A stretch of 64,000 bases of DNA from the human T2T-CHM13v2.0 reference genome, Homo sapiens, in assembly GCF_009914755.1 (NCBI RefSeq), contig NC_060941.1; one strand, written 5' to 3'. The notes below the pieces were generated by a model. It was not told where the DNA came from, ran no database searches, and saw only the letters and a program-made list of their open reading frames with translations. Shown here piece after piece: positions 11,101 through 26,100 of the stretch (position 1 is the first letter of the stretch; the number at the start of each line of letters is the position of its first letter). Position numbers and translations under genes: made by a program.

Positions 11101-14100
11101 TCTGCAAGTGGATATTTGGACCACTCTGTGGCCTTCGTTCGAAACGGGTACATCTTCGCATAAAATCTAGACAGAAGCCTTCTCAGAAACTTCTCTGTGA
11201 TGATTGCATTCAACTCACAGAGTTGAACCCTCCTATGGATAGAGCAGTGTTGAAACTCTCTTTTTGTGGAATCTGCAAGCGGATATGTGGACCTCTCCGA
11301 AGATGTCTTTGGAAACGGGAATATCTTCACATAAAAACTAAACAGAAGCATTCTCAGAAACTTCTCTGTGATGTTTGTGTTCAACTCCCAGAGTTTCACA
11401 TTGCTTCTCATAGAGTAGTTCTGAAACATGCTTTTCGTAGTGTCTGCAAGTGGACATTTGGAGCGCTTTCAGGCCTGTGGTGGAAAACGAATTATGGTCA
11501 CATAAAAACTGGAGAGAAGCATTGTCAGAAACTTCTTTGTGATGATTGCATACAAGTCACAGAGTTGAAGGTTCCTTTTCAAAGAGCAGTTTCCAATCAC
11601 TCTTTCTGTGGAATCTGCAAGTGGATATTTGGACCTCTTTGAAGATTTCGTTGGAAACGGGAGAATCTTCACAGAAAAGCTAAACAGAAGCATTCTCAGA
11701 AACTTCTTTGTGATGCTTGCATTCAACTCACAGAGTTGAACTTTCCTTTCGAGAGAGAAGCTTTGAAACAGTCTTTTTCCAGAATCTGCAAGTGGACATT
11801 TGGAGGGCTTTGAGGCCTGTGGTGGAAAAGGAATTATCTTCCCGTAAAAGCTAGATAGAAGCATTCTCAGAAACTACTTTGTGATGATTGCATTCAAGTC
11901 ACAGAGTTGAACATTCCCTTTGACAGAGCAGTTTGGAAACTCTCTTTGTGTAGAATCTGCAAGTGGAGATATGGACCGCTTTGAGGCCTATGGTAGTAAA
12001 GGAAATAGCTTCATATAAAAGCTAGACAGTAGCTTTCACAGAAAACTCTTGGTGACGACTGAGTTTAACTCACAGAGCTGAACATTCCTTTGGATGGAGC
12101 AGTTTCGAAACACACTATTTGTAGAATGTGCAAGTGGATATGTGGGCCTCTCTGAGGATTTGGTTGGAAACGGGATAAACCGCCCAGAACTAAACAGAAG
12201 CATTCTCAGAACCTTCTTCGTGATGTTTGCATTCAACTCACAGTGTTGAACCTTTCTTTGATAGTTCAGGTTTGAAACGGTCTTTCTGTAGAAACTGCAA
12301 GTAGATATTTGGACCTCTCTGAGGATTTCGTTGGAAACGGGATAAACCGCACAGAACTAAAACAGAAGCATTCTCAGAACCCTCTTCGTGATGTTTGCAT
12401 TCAACCCACGGTGCTGAACCTTTCTTTGATAGTTCAGCTTTGAAACACTCTTTTTGTAGAAACTGCAAGTGGATATTTGGTCCTCTATGAGGATTTCGTT
12501 GGAAACGGGATAAACCGCACAGAACTAAACAGAAGCATTCTCAGAACCTTCTTCGTGATGTCTGCGTTCAACTCACAGTGTGGAACCTTTCTTTGATAGT
12601 TCAGGTTTGAAACACTCTTTTTGTAGAAACTGCAAGGGGATCATTGCACTTCTTTGAGGCCTACCGTAGTAAAGGAGATAACTTCCTACAAAAAGAAGAC
12701 AGAAGCTTTCTCAGAAAATTCTTTGGGATGATTGAGTTGAGCAAACAGAGCTGAACACTCCTTGCGATGTAGCAGTTTAGAAACACACTTTCTGCAGAAT
12801 CTGCAAGTGCATATGTGGACCTCTCTGAGGAATTCGTTGGAAACGGGATAATTTCAGCTGACTAAACAGAAGCAGTCTCAGAATCTTCTTTGTGATGTTT
12901 GCATTCAAATTCCTGAGTTGAACTTTCCTTTCCAAGTTCACGTTTGAAACACTCTTTTTGCAGGATCTACAAGTGGATATTTGGACCACTCTGTGTCCTT
13001 CGTTCGAAACGGGTATATCTTCACATGACATCTAGACAGAAGCATTCTCAGAAGCTTCTCTGTGATGACTGCATTCAACTCACGGAGTTGAACACTCCTT
13101 TTGAGAGCGCAGTTTTGAAACTCTCTTTCTGTGGCATCTGCAAGGGGACATGTAGACCTCTTTGAAGATTTCGTTGGAAACGGAATCATCTTCACATCAA
13201 AACTATACAGATGCATTCTCAGGAACTTTTTGGTGATGTTTGTATTCAACTCCCAGAGTTGAACTTTCCTTTGGAAAGAGCAGCTGTGAAACACTCTTTT
13301 TCTAGAATCTGCAAGTGGACGTTTGGAGGGCTTTGTGGTTTGTGGTGGAAAAGGAAATATCTTCACCTAAATACTAGATAGAAGCATTCTCAGAAACTGC
13401 TTTGTGATGATTGCATTCACCTCACAGAGTTGAACATTCCTATTGATAGAGCAGTTTGGAAACACTCTTGTTGTGGAATGTGCAAGTGGAGATTTGGAGC
13501 GCTTTGAGGCCTATGGTAGTAAAGGGAATAGCTTCATAGAAAAACTAGACAGAAGCATTCTCAGAAAATACTTTGTGATGATTGAGTTGAACTCACAGAG
13601 CTGAACATTCCTTTGGATGGAGCAGGTTTGAGACACACTTTTTGTAGAATCTACAAGTGGATATTTGGACCTCTCTGAGGATTTCGTTGGAAACGGGATA
13701 ACTGCACCTAACTAAACGGAAGCATTCTCAGAAACTTCTTGGTGATGTTTGCATTCAAATCCCAGAGTTGAACCTTCCTTTGAGAGTTCAGGTTTGAAAC
13801 ACTCTTTTTGTAGGATCTGCAAGTGGATATTTGGACCACTCTGTGGCCTTCGTTCGAAACGGGTACATCTTCGCATAAAATCTAGACAGAAGCCTTCTCA
13901 GAAACTTCTCTGTGATGATTGCATTCAACTCACAGAGTTGAACCCTCCTATGGATAGAGCAGTGTTGAAACTCTCTTTTTGTGGAATCTGCAAGCGGATA
14001 TGTGGACCTCTCCGAAGATGTCTTTGGAAACGGGAATATCTTCACATAAAAACTAAACAGAAGCATTCTCAGAAACTTCTCTGTGATGTTTGTGTTCAAC

Positions 14101-17100
14101 TCCCAGAGTTTCACATTGCTTCTCATAGAGTAGTTCTGAAACATGCTTTTCGTAGTGTCTGCAAGTGGACATTTGGAGCGCTTTCAGGCCTGTGGTGGAA
14201 AACGAATTATGGTCACATAAAAACTGGAGAGAAGCATTGTCAGAAACTTCTTTGTGATGATTGCATACAAGTCACAGAGTTGAAGGTTCCTTTTCAAAGA
14301 GCAGTTTCCAATCACTCTTTCTGTGGAATCTGCAAGTGGATATTTGGACCTCTTTGAAGATTTCGTTGGAAACGGGAGAATCTTCACAGAAAAGCTAAAC
14401 AGAAGCATTCTCAGAAACTTCTTTGTGATGCTTGCATTCAACTCACAGAGTTGAACTTTCCTTTCGAGAGAGAAGCTTTGAAACAGTCTTTTTCCAGAAT
14501 CTGCAAGTGGACATTTGGAGGGCTTTGAGGCCTGTGGTGGAAAAGGAATTATCTTCCCGTAAAAGCTAGATAGAAGCATTCTCAGAAACTACTTTGTGAT
14601 GATTGCATTCAAGTCACAGAGTTGAACATTCCCTTTGACAGAGCAGTTTGGAAACTCTCTTTGTGTAGAATCTGCAAGTGGAGATATGGACCGCTTTGAG
14701 GCCTATGGTAGTAAAGGAAATAGCTTCATATAAAAGCTAGACAGTAGCTTTCACAGAAAACTCTTGGTGACGACTGAGTTTAACTCACAGAGCTGAACAT
14801 TCCTTTGGATGGAGCAGTTTCGAAACACACTATTTGTAGAATGTGCAAGTGGATATGTGGGCCTCTCTGAGGATTTGGTTGGAAACGGGATAAACCGCCC
14901 AGAACTAAACAGAAGCATTCTCAGAACCTTCTTCGTGATGTTTGCATTCAACTCACAGTGTTGAACCTTTCTTTGATAGTTCAGGTTTGAAACGGTCTTT
15001 CTGTAGAAACTGCAAGTAGATATTTGGACCTCTCTGAGGATTTCGTTGGAAACGGGATAAACCGCACAGAACTAAAACAGAAGCATTCTCAGAACCCTCT
15101 TCGTGATGTTTGCATTCAACCCACGGTGCTGAACCTTTCTTTGATAGTTCAGCTTTGAAACACTCTTTTTGTAGAAACTGCAAGTGGATATTTGGTCCTC
15201 TCTGAGGATTTCGTTGGAAACGGGATAAACCGCACAGAACTAAACAGAAGCATTCTCAGAACCTTCTTCGTGATGTCTGCGTTCAACTCACAGTGTGGAA
15301 CCTTTCTTTGATAGTTCAGGTTTGAAACACTCTTTTTGTAGAAACTGCAAGGGGATCATTGCACTTCTTTGAGGCCTACCGTAGTAAAGGAGATAACTTC
15401 CTACAAAAAGAAGACAGAAGCTTTCTCAGAAAATTCTTTGGGATGATTGAGTTGAGCAAACAGAGCTGAACACTCCTTGCGATGTAGCAGTTTAGAAACA
15501 CACTTTCTGCAGAATCTGCAAGTGCATATGTGGACCTCTCTGAGGAATTCGTTGGAAACGGGATAATTTCAGCTGACTAAACAGAAGCAGTCTCAGAATC
15601 TTCTTTGTGATGTTTGCATTCAAATTCCTGAGTTGAACTTTCCTTTCCAAGTTCACGTTTGAAACACTCTTTTTGCAGGATCTACAAGTGGATATTTGGA
15701 CCACTCTGTGTCCTTCGTTCGAAACGGGTATATCTTCACATGACATCTAGACAGAAGCATTCTCAGAAGCTTCTCTGTGATGACTGCATTCAACTCACGG
15801 AGTTGAACACTCCTTTTGAGAGCGCAGTTTTGAAACTCTCTTTCTGTGGCATCTGCAAGGGGACATGTAGACCTCTTTGAAGATTTCGTTGGAAACGGAA
15901 TCATCTTCACATCAAAACTATACAGATGCATTCTCAGGAACTTTTTGGTGATGTTTGTATTCAACTCCCAGAGTTGAACTTTCCTTTGGAAAGAGCAGCT
16001 ATGAAACACTCTTTTTCTAGAATCTTCAAGTGGACGTTTGGAGGGCTTTGTGGTTTGTGGTGGAAAAGGAAATATCTTCACCTAAATACTAGATAGAAGC
16101 ATTCTCAGAAACTGCTTTGTGATGATTGCATTCACCTCACAGAGTTGAACATTCCTATTGATAGAGCAGTTTGGAAACACTCTTGTTGTGGAATGTGCAA
16201 GTGGAGATTTGGAGCGCTTTGAGGCCTATGGTAGTAAAGGGAATAGCTTCATAGAAAAACTAGACAGAAGCATTCTCAGAAAATACTTTGTGATGATTGA
16301 GTTGAACTCACAGAGCTGAACATTCCTTTGGATGGAGCAGGTTTGAGACACACTTTTTGTAGAATCTACAAGTGGATATTTGGACCTCTCTGAGGATTTC
16401 GTTGGAAACGGGATAACTGCACCTAACTAAACGGAAGCATTCTCAGAAACTTCTTGGTGATGTTTGCATTCAAATCCCAGAGTTGAATCTTCCTTTGAGA
16501 GTTCAGGTTTGAAACACTCTTTTTGTAGGATCTGCAAGTGGATATTTGGACCACTCTGTGGCCTTCGTTCGAAACGGGTACATCTTCGCATAAAATCTAG
16601 ACAGAAGCCTTCTCAGAAACTTCTCTGTGATGATTGCATTCAACTCACAGAGTTGAACCCTCCTATGGATAGAGCAGTGTTGAAACTCTCTTTTTGTGGA
16701 ATCTGCAAGCGGATATGTGGACCTCTCCGAAGATGTCTTTGGCAACGGGAATATCTTCACATAAAAACTAAACAGAAGCATTCTCAGAAACTTCTCTGTG
16801 ATGTTTGTGTTCAACTCCCAGAGTTTCACATTGCTTCTCATAGAGTAGTTCTGAAACATGCTTTTCGTAGTGTCTGCAAGTGGACATTTGGAGCGCTTTC
16901 AGGCCTGTGGTGGAAAACGAATTATGGTCACATAAAAACTGGAGAGAAGCATTGTCAGAAACTTCTTTGTGATGATTACATTCAAGTCACAGAGTTGAAG
17001 GTTCCTTTTCAAAGAGCAGTTTCCAATCACTCTTTCTGTGGAATCTGCAAGTGGATATTTGGACCTCTTTGAAGATTTCGTTGGAAACGGGAGAATCTTC

Positions 17101-20100
17101 ACAGAAAAGCTAAACAGAAGCATTCTCAGAAACTTCTTTGTGATGCTTGCATTCAACTCACAGAGTTGAACTTTCCTTTCGAGAGAGAAGCTTTGAAACA
17201 CTCTTTTTCCAGAATCTGCAAGTGGACATTTGGAGGGCTTTGAGGCCTGTGGTGGAAAAGGAATTATCTTCCCGTAAAAGCTAGATAGAAGCATTCTCAG
17301 AAACTACTTTGTGATGATTGCATTCAAGTCACAGAGTTGAACATTCCCTTTGACAGAGCAGTTTGGAAACTCTCTTTGTGTAGAATCTGCAAGTGGAGAT
17401 ATGGACCGCTTTGAGGCCTATGGTAGTAAAGGAAATAGCTTCATATAAAAGCTAGACAGTAGCATTCACAGAAAACTCTTGGTGACGACTGAGTTTAACT
17501 CACAGAGCTGAACATTCCTTTGGATGGAGCAGTTTCGAAACACACTATTTCTAGAAGGTGCAAGTGGATATGTGGGCCTCTCTGAGGATTTCGTTGGAAA
17601 CGGGATAAACCGCACAGAACTAAACAGAAGCATTCTCAGAACTTTCTTCGTGATGTTTGCATTCAACTCACAGTGTTGAACCTTTCTTTGATAGTTCAGG
17701 TTTGAAACGGTCTTTCTGTAGAAACTGCAAGTAGATATTTGGACCTCTCTGAGGATTTCGTTGGAAACGGGATAAACCGCACAGAACTAAAACAGAAGCA
17801 TTCTCAGAACCCTCTTGGTGATGTTTGCATTCAACTCACGGTGCTGAACCTTTCTTTGATAGTTCAGCTTTGAAACACTCTTTTTGTAGAAACTGCAAGT
17901 GGATATTTGGTCCTCTCTGAGGATTTCGTTGGAAACGGGATAAACCGCACAGAACTAAACAGAAGCATTCTCAGAACCTTCTTCGTGATGTCTGCATTCA
18001 ACTCACAGTGTGGAACCTTTCTTTGATAGTTCAGGTTTGAAAGACTCTTTTTGTAGAAACTGCAAGGGGATCATTGCACTTCTTTGAGGCCTACCGTAGT
18101 AAAGGAGATAACTTGCTATAAAAAGAAGACAGAAGCTTTCTCAGAAAATTCTTTGGGATGATTGAGTTGAGCAAACAGAGCTGAACACTCCTTGTGATGT
18201 AGCAGTTTAGAAACACACTTTCTGCAGAATCTGCAAGTGCATATGTGGACCTCTCTGAGGAATTCTTTGGAAACGGGATAATTTCAGCTGACTAAACAGA
18301 AGCAGTCTCAGAATCTTCTTTGTGATGTTTGCATTCAAATCCCTGAGTTGAACTTTCCTTTCCAAGTTCACGTTTGAAACACTCTTTTTGCAGGATCTAC
18401 AAGTGGATATTTGGACCACTCTGTGTCCTTCGTTCGAAACGGGTATATCTTCACATGACATCTAGACAGAAGCATTCTCAGAAGCTTCTCTGTGATGACT
18501 GCATTCAACTCACGGAGTTGAACACTCCTTTTGAGAGCGCAGTTTTGAAACTCTCTTTCTGTGGCATCTGCAAGGGGACATGTAGACCTCTTTGAAGATT
18601 TCGTTGGAAACGGAATCATCTTCACATAAAAACTATACAGATGCATTCTCAGGAACTTTTTGGTGATGTTTGTATTCAACTCCCAGAGTTGAACTTTCCT
18701 TTGGAAAGAGCAGCTATGAAACACTCTTTTTCTAGAATCTTCAAGTGGACGTTTGGAGGGCTTTGTGGTTTGTGGTGGAAAAGGAAATATCTTCACCTAA
18801 ATACTAGATAGAAGCATTCTCAGAAACTGCTTTGTGATGATTGCATTCACCTCACAGAGTTGAACATTCCTATTGATAGAGCAGTTTGGAAACACTCTTG
18901 TTGTGGAATGTGCAAGTGGAGATTTGGAGCGCTTTGAGGCCTATGGTAGTAAAGGGAATAGCTTCATAGAAAAACTAGACAGAAGCATTCTCAGAAAATA
19001 CTTTGTGATGATTGAGTTGAACTCACAGAGCTGAACATTCCTTTGGATGGAGCAGGTTTGAGACACACTTTTTGTAGAATCTACAAGTGGATATTTGGAC
19101 CTCTCTGAGGATTTCGTTGGAAACGGGATAACTGCACCTAACTAAACGGAAGCATTCTCAGAAACTTCTTGGTGATGTTTGCATTCAAATCCCAGAGTTG
19201 AACCTTCCTTTGAGAGTTCAGGTTTGAAACACTCTTTTTGTAGGATCTGCAAGTGGATATTTGGACCACTCTGTGGCCTTCGTTCGAAACGGGTACATCT
19301 TCGCATAAAATCTAGACAGAAGCCTTCTCAGAAACTTCTCTGTGATGATTGCATTCAACTCACAGAGTTGAACCCTCCTATGGATAGAGCAGTGTTGAAA
19401 CTCTCTTTTTGTGGAATCTGCAAGCGGATATGTGGACCTCTCCGAAGATGTCTTTGGCAACGGGAATATCTTCACATAAAAACTAAACAGAAGCATTCTC
19501 AGAAACTTCTCTGTGATGTTTGTGTTCAACTCCCAGAGTTTCACATTGCTTCTCATAGAGTAGTTCTGAAACATGCTTTTCGTAGTGTCTGCAAGTGGAC
19601 ATTTGGAGCGCTTTCAGGCCTGTGGTGGAAAACGAATTATGGTCACATAAAAACTGGAGAGAAGCATTGTCAGAAACTTCTTTGTGATGATTGCATTCAA
19701 GTCACAGAGTTGAAGGTTCCTTTTCAAAGAGCAGTTTCCAATCACTCTTTCTGTGGAATCTGCAAGTGGATATTTGGACCTCTTTGAAGATTTCGTTGGA
19801 AACGGGAGAATCTTCACAGAAAAGCTAAACAGAAGCATTCTCAGAAACTTCTTTGTGATGCTTGCATTCAACTCACAGAGTTGAACTTTCCTTTCGAGAG
19901 AGAAGCTTTGAAACACTCTTTTTCCAGAATCTGCAAGTGGACATTTGGAGGGCTTTGAGGCCTGTGGTGGAAAAGGAATTATCTTCCCGTAAAAGCTAGA
20001 TAGAAGCATTCTCAGAAACTACTTTGTGATGATTGCATTCAAGTCACAGAGTTGAACATTCCCTTTGACAGAGCAGTTTGGAAACTCTCTTTGTGTAGAA

Positions 20101-23100
20101 TCTGCAAGTGGAGATATGGACCGCTTTGAGGCCTATGGTAGTAAAGGAAATAGCTTCATATAAAAGCTAGACAGTAGCATTCACAGAAAACTCTTGGTGA
20201 CGACTGAGTTTAACTCACAGAGCTGAACATTCCTTTGGATGGAGCAGTTTCGAAACACACTATTTCTAGAAGGTGCAAGTGGATATGTGGGCCTCTCTGA
20301 GGATTTCGTTGGAAACGGGATAAACCGCACAGAACTAAACAGAAGCATTCTCAGAACTTTCTTCGTGATGTTTGCATTCAACTCACAGTGTTGAACCTTT
20401 CTTTGATAGTTCAGGTTTGAAACGGTCTTTCTGTAGAAACTGCAAGTAGATATTTGGACCTCTCTGAGGATTTCGTTGGAAACGGGATAAACCGCACAGA
20501 ACTAAAACAGAAGCATTCTCAGAACCCTCTTGGTGATGTTTGCATTCAACTCACGGTGCTGAACCTTTCTTTGATAGTTCAGCTTTGAAACACTCTTTTT
20601 GTAGAAACTGCAAGTGGATATTTGGTCCTCTCTGAGGATTTCGTTGGAAACGGGATAAACCGCACAGAACTAAACAGAAGCATTCTCAGAACCTTCTTCG
20701 TGATGTCTGCATTCAACTCACAGTGTGGAACCTTTCTTTGATAGTTCAGGTTTGAAACACTCTTTTTGTAGAAACTGCAAGGGGATCATTGCACTTCTTT
20801 GAGGCCTACCGTAGTAAAGGAGATAACTTGCTATAAAAAGAAGACAGAAGCTTTCTCAGAAAATTCTTTGGGATGATTGAGTTGAGCAAACAGAGCTGAA
20901 CACTCCTTGTGATGTAGCAGTTTAGAAACACACTTTCTGCAGAATCTGCAAGTGCATATGTGGACCTCTCTGAGGAATTCGTTGGAAACGGGATAATTTC
21001 AGCTGACTAAACAGAAGCAGTCTCAGAATCTTCTTTGTGATGTTTGCATTCAAATCCCTGAGTTAAACTTTCCTTTCCAAGTTCACGTTTGAAACACTCT
21101 TTTTGCAGGATCTACAAGTGGATATTTGGACCACTCTGTGTCCTTCGTTCGAAACGGGTATATCTTCACATGACATCTAGACAGAAGCATTCTCAGAAGC
21201 TTCTCTGTGATGACTGCATTCAACTCACGGAGTTGAACACTCCTTTTGAGAGCGCAGTTTTGAAACTCTCTTTCTGTGGCATCTGCAAGGGGACATGTAG
21301 ACCTCTTTGAAGATTTCGTTGGAAACGGAATCATCTTCACATCAAAACTATACAGATGCATTCTCAGGAACTTTTTGGTGATGTTTGTATTCAACTCCCA
21401 GAGTTGAACTTTCCTTTGGAAAGAGCAGCTATGAAACACTCTTTTTCTAGAATCTGCAAGTGGACGTTTGGAGGGCTTTGTGGTTTGTGGTGGAAAAGGA
21501 AATATCTTCACCTAAATACTAGATAGAAGCATTCTCAGAAACTGCTTTGTGATGATTGCATTCACCTCACAGAGTTGAACATTCCTATTGATAGAGCAGT
21601 TTGGAAACACTCTTGTTGTGGAATGTGCAAGTGGAGATTTGGAGCGCTTTGAGGCCTATGGTAGTAAAGGGAATAGCTTCATAGAAAAACTAGACAGAAG
21701 CATTCTCAGAAAATACTTTGTGATGATTGAGTTGAACTCACAGAGCTGAACATTCCTTTGGATGGAGCAGGTTTGAGACACACTTTTTGTAGAATCTACA
21801 AGTGGATATTTGGACCTCTCTGAGGATTTCGTTGGAAACGGGATAACTGCACCTAACTAAACGGAAGCATTCTCAGAAACTTCTTGGTGATGTTTGCATT
21901 CAAATCCCAGAGTTGAACCTTCCTTTGAGAGTTCAGGTTTGAAACACTCTTTTTGTAGGATCTGCAAGTGGATATTTGGACCACTCTGTGGCCTTCGTTC
22001 GAAACGGGTACATCTTCGCATAAAATCTAGACAGAAGCCTTCTCAGAAACTTCTCTGTGATGATTGCATTCAACTCACAGAGTTGAACCCTCCTATGGAT
22101 AGAGCAGTGTTGAAACTCTCTTTTTGTGGAATCTGCAAGCGGATATGTGGACCTCTCCGAAGATGTCTTTGGAAACGGGAATATCTTCACATAAAAACTA
22201 AACAGAAGCATTCTCAGAAACTTCTCTGTGATGTTTGTGTTCAACTCCCAGAGTTTCACATTGCTTCTCATAGAGTAGTTCTGAAACATGCTTTTCGTAG
22301 TGTCTGCAAGTGGACATTTGGAGCGCTTTCAGGCCTGTGGTGGAAAACGAATTATGGTCACATAAAAACTGGAGAGAAGCATTGTCAGAAACTTCTTTGT
22401 GATGATTGCATACAAGTCACAGAGTTGAAGGTTCCTTTTCAAAGAGCAGTTTCCAATCACTCTTTCTGTGGAATCTGCAAGTGGATATTTGGACCTCTTT
22501 GAAGATTTCGTTGGAAACGGGAGAATCTTCACAGAAAAGCTAAACAGAAGCATTCTCAGAAACTTCTTTGTGATGCTTGCATTCAACTCACAGAGTTGAA
22601 CTTTCCTTTCGAGAGAGAAGCTTTGAAACAGTCTTTTTCCAGAATCTGCAAGTGGACATTTGGAGGGCTTTGAGGCCTGTGGTGGAAAAGGAATTATCTT
22701 CCCGTAAAAGCTAGATAGAAGCATTCTCAGAAACTACTTTGTGATGATTGCATTCAAGTCACAGAGTTGAACATTCCCTATGACACAGCAGTTTGGAAAC
22801 TCTCTTTGTGTAGAAACTGCAAGTGGAGATATGGACCGCTTTGAGGCCTATGGTAGTAAAGGAAAGAGCTTCATATAAAAGCTAGACAGTAGCTTTCACA
22901 GAAAACTCTTGGTGACGACTGAGTTTAACTCACAGAGCTGAACATTCCTTTGGATGGAGCAGTTTCGAAACACACTATTTGTAGAATGTGCAAGTGGATA
23001 TGTGGGCCTCTCTGAGGATTTCGTTGGAAACGGGATAAACCGCCCAGAACTAAACAGAAGCATTCTCAGAACCTTCTTCGTGATGTTTGCATTCAACTCA

Positions 23101-26100
23101 CAGTGTTGAACCTTTCTTTGATAGTTCAGGTTTGAAACGGTCTTTCTGTAGAAACTGCAAGTAGATATTTGGACCTCTCTGAGGATTTCGTTAGAAACCG
23201 GATAAACCGCACAGAACTAAAACAGAAGCATTCTCAGAACCCTCTTCGTGATGTTTGCATTCAACCCACGGTGCTGAACCTTTCTTTGATAGTTCAGCTT
23301 TGAAACACTCTTTTTGTAGAAACTGCAAGTGGATATTTGGTCCTCTCTGAGGATTTCGTTGGAAACGGGATAAACCGCACAGAACTAAACAGAAGCATTC
23401 TCAGAACCTTCTTCGTGATGTCTGCGTTCAACTCACAGTGTGGAACCTTTCTTTGATAGTTCAGGTTTGAAACACTCTTTTTGTAGAAACTGCAAGGGGA
23501 TCATTGCACTTCTTTGAGGCCTACCGTAGTAAAGGAGATAACTTCCTACAAAAAGAAGACAGAAGCTTTCTCAGAAAATTCTTTGGGATGATTGAGTTGA
23601 GCAAACAGAGCTGAACACTCCTTGCGATGTAGCAGTTTAGAAACACACTTTCTGCAGAATCTGCAAGTGCATATGTGGACCTCTCTGAGGAATTCGTTGG
23701 AAACGGGATAATTTCAGCTGACTAAACAGAAGCAGTCTCAGAATCTTCTTTGTGATGTTTGCATTCAAATCCCAGAGTTGAACTTTTCTTTCCAAGTTGA
23801 CGTTTGAAACACTCTTTTTGCAGGATCTACAAGTGGATATTTGGACCACTCTGTGTCCTTCGTTCGAAACGGGTATATCTTCACATGACATCTAGACAGA
23901 AGCATTCTCAGAAGCTTCTCTGTGATGACTGCATTCAACTCACGGAGTTGAACACTCCTTTTGAGAGCGCAGTTTTGAAACTCTCTTTCTGTGGCATCTG
24001 CAAGGGGACATGTAGACCTCTTTGAAGATTTCGTTGGAAACGGAATCATCTTCACATCAAAACTATACAGATGCATTCTCAGGAACTTTTTGGTGATGTT
24101 TGTATTCAACTCCCAGAGTTGAACTTTCCTTTGGAAAGAGCAGCTATGAAACACTCTTTTTCTAGAATCTGCAAGTGGACGTTTGGAGGGCTTTGTGGTT
24201 TGTGGTGGAAAAGGAAATATCTTCACCTAAATACTAGATAGAAGCATTCTCAGAAACTGCTTTGTGATGATTGCATTCACCTCACAGAGTTGAACATTCC
24301 TATTGATAGAGCAGTTTGGAAACACTCTTGTTGTGGAATGTGCAAGTGGAGATTTGGAGCGCTTTGAGGCCTATGGTAGTAAAGGGAATAGCTTCATAGA
24401 AAAACTAGACAGAAGCATTCTCAGAAAATACTTTGTGATGATTGAGTTGAACTCACAGAGCTGAACATTCCTTTGGATGGAGCAGGTTTGAGACACATTT
24501 TTTGTAGAATCTACAAGTGCATATTTGGACCTCTCTGAGGATTTCGTTGGAAACGGGATAACTGCACCTAACTAAACGGAAGCATTCTCAGAAACTTCTT
24601 GGTGATGTTTGCATTCAAATCCCAGAGTTGAACCTTCCTTTGAGAGTTCAGGTTTGAAACACTCTTTTTGTAGGATCTGCAAGTGGATAATTGGACCACT
24701 CTGTGGCCTTCGTTCGAAACGGGTACATCTTCGCATAAAATCTAGACAGAAGCCTTCTCAGAAACTTCTCTGTGATGATTGCATTCTACTCACAGAGTTG
24801 AACCCTCCTATGGATAGAGCAGTGTTGAAACTCTCTTTTTGTGGAATCTGCAAGCGGATATGTGGACCTCTCCGAAGATGTCTTTGGCAACGGGAATATC
24901 TTCACATAAAAACTAAACAGAAGCATTCTCAGAAACTTCTCTGTGATGTTTGTGTTCAACTCCCAGAGTTTCACATTGCTTCTCATAGAGTAGTTCTGAA
25001 ACATGCTTTTCGTAGTGTCTGCAAGTGGACATTTGGAGCGCTTTCAGGCCTGTGGTGGAAAACGAATTATGGTCACATAAAAACTGGAGAGAAGCATTGT
25101 CAGAAACTTCTTTGTGATGATTGCATTCAAGTCACAGAGTTGAAGGTTCCTTTTCAAAGAGCAGTTTCCAATCACTCTTTCTGAGGAATCTGCAAGTGGA
25201 TATTTGGACCTCTTTGAAGATTTCGTTGGAAACGGGAGAATCTTCACAGAAAAGCTAAACAGAAGCATTCTCAGAAACTTCTTTGTGATGCTTGCATTCA
25301 ACTCACAGAGTTGAACTTTCCTTTCGAGAGAGAAGCTTTGAAACACTCTTTTTCCAGAATCTGCAAGTGGACATTTGGAGGGCTTTGAGGCCTGTGGTGG
25401 AAAAGGAATTATCTTCCCGTAAAAGCTAGATAGAAGCATTCTCAGAAACTACTTTGTGATGATTGCATTCAAGTCACAGAGTTGAACATTCCCTTTGACA
25501 GAGCAGTTTGGAAACTCTCTTTGTGTAGAATCTGCAAGTGGAGATATGGACCGCTTTGAGGCCTATGGTAGTAAAGGAAATAGCTTCATATAAAAGCTAG
25601 ACAGTAGCATTCACAGAAAACTCTTGGTGACGACTGAGTTTAACTCACAGAGCTGAACATTCCTTTGGATGGAGCAGTTTCGAAACACACTATTTGTAGA
25701 ATGTGCAAGTGGATATGTGGGCCTCTCTGAGGATTTCGTTGGAAACGGGATAAACCGCACAGAACTAAACAGAAGCATTCTCAGAACTTTCTTCGTGATG
25801 TTTGCATTCAACTCACAGTGTTGAACCTTTCTTTGATAGTTCAGGTTTGAAACGGTCTTTCTGTAGAAACTGCAAGTAGATATTTGGACCTCTCTGAGGA
25901 TTTCGTTGGAAACGGGATAAACCGCACAGAACTAAAACAGAAGCATTCTCAGAACCCTCTTGGTGATGTTTGCATTCAACTCTCGGTGCTGAACCTTTCT
26001 TTGATAGTTCAGCTTTGAAACACTCTTTTTGTGGAAACTGCAAGTGGATATTTGGTCCTCTCTGAGGATTTCGTTGGAAACGGGATAAACCGCACAGAAC

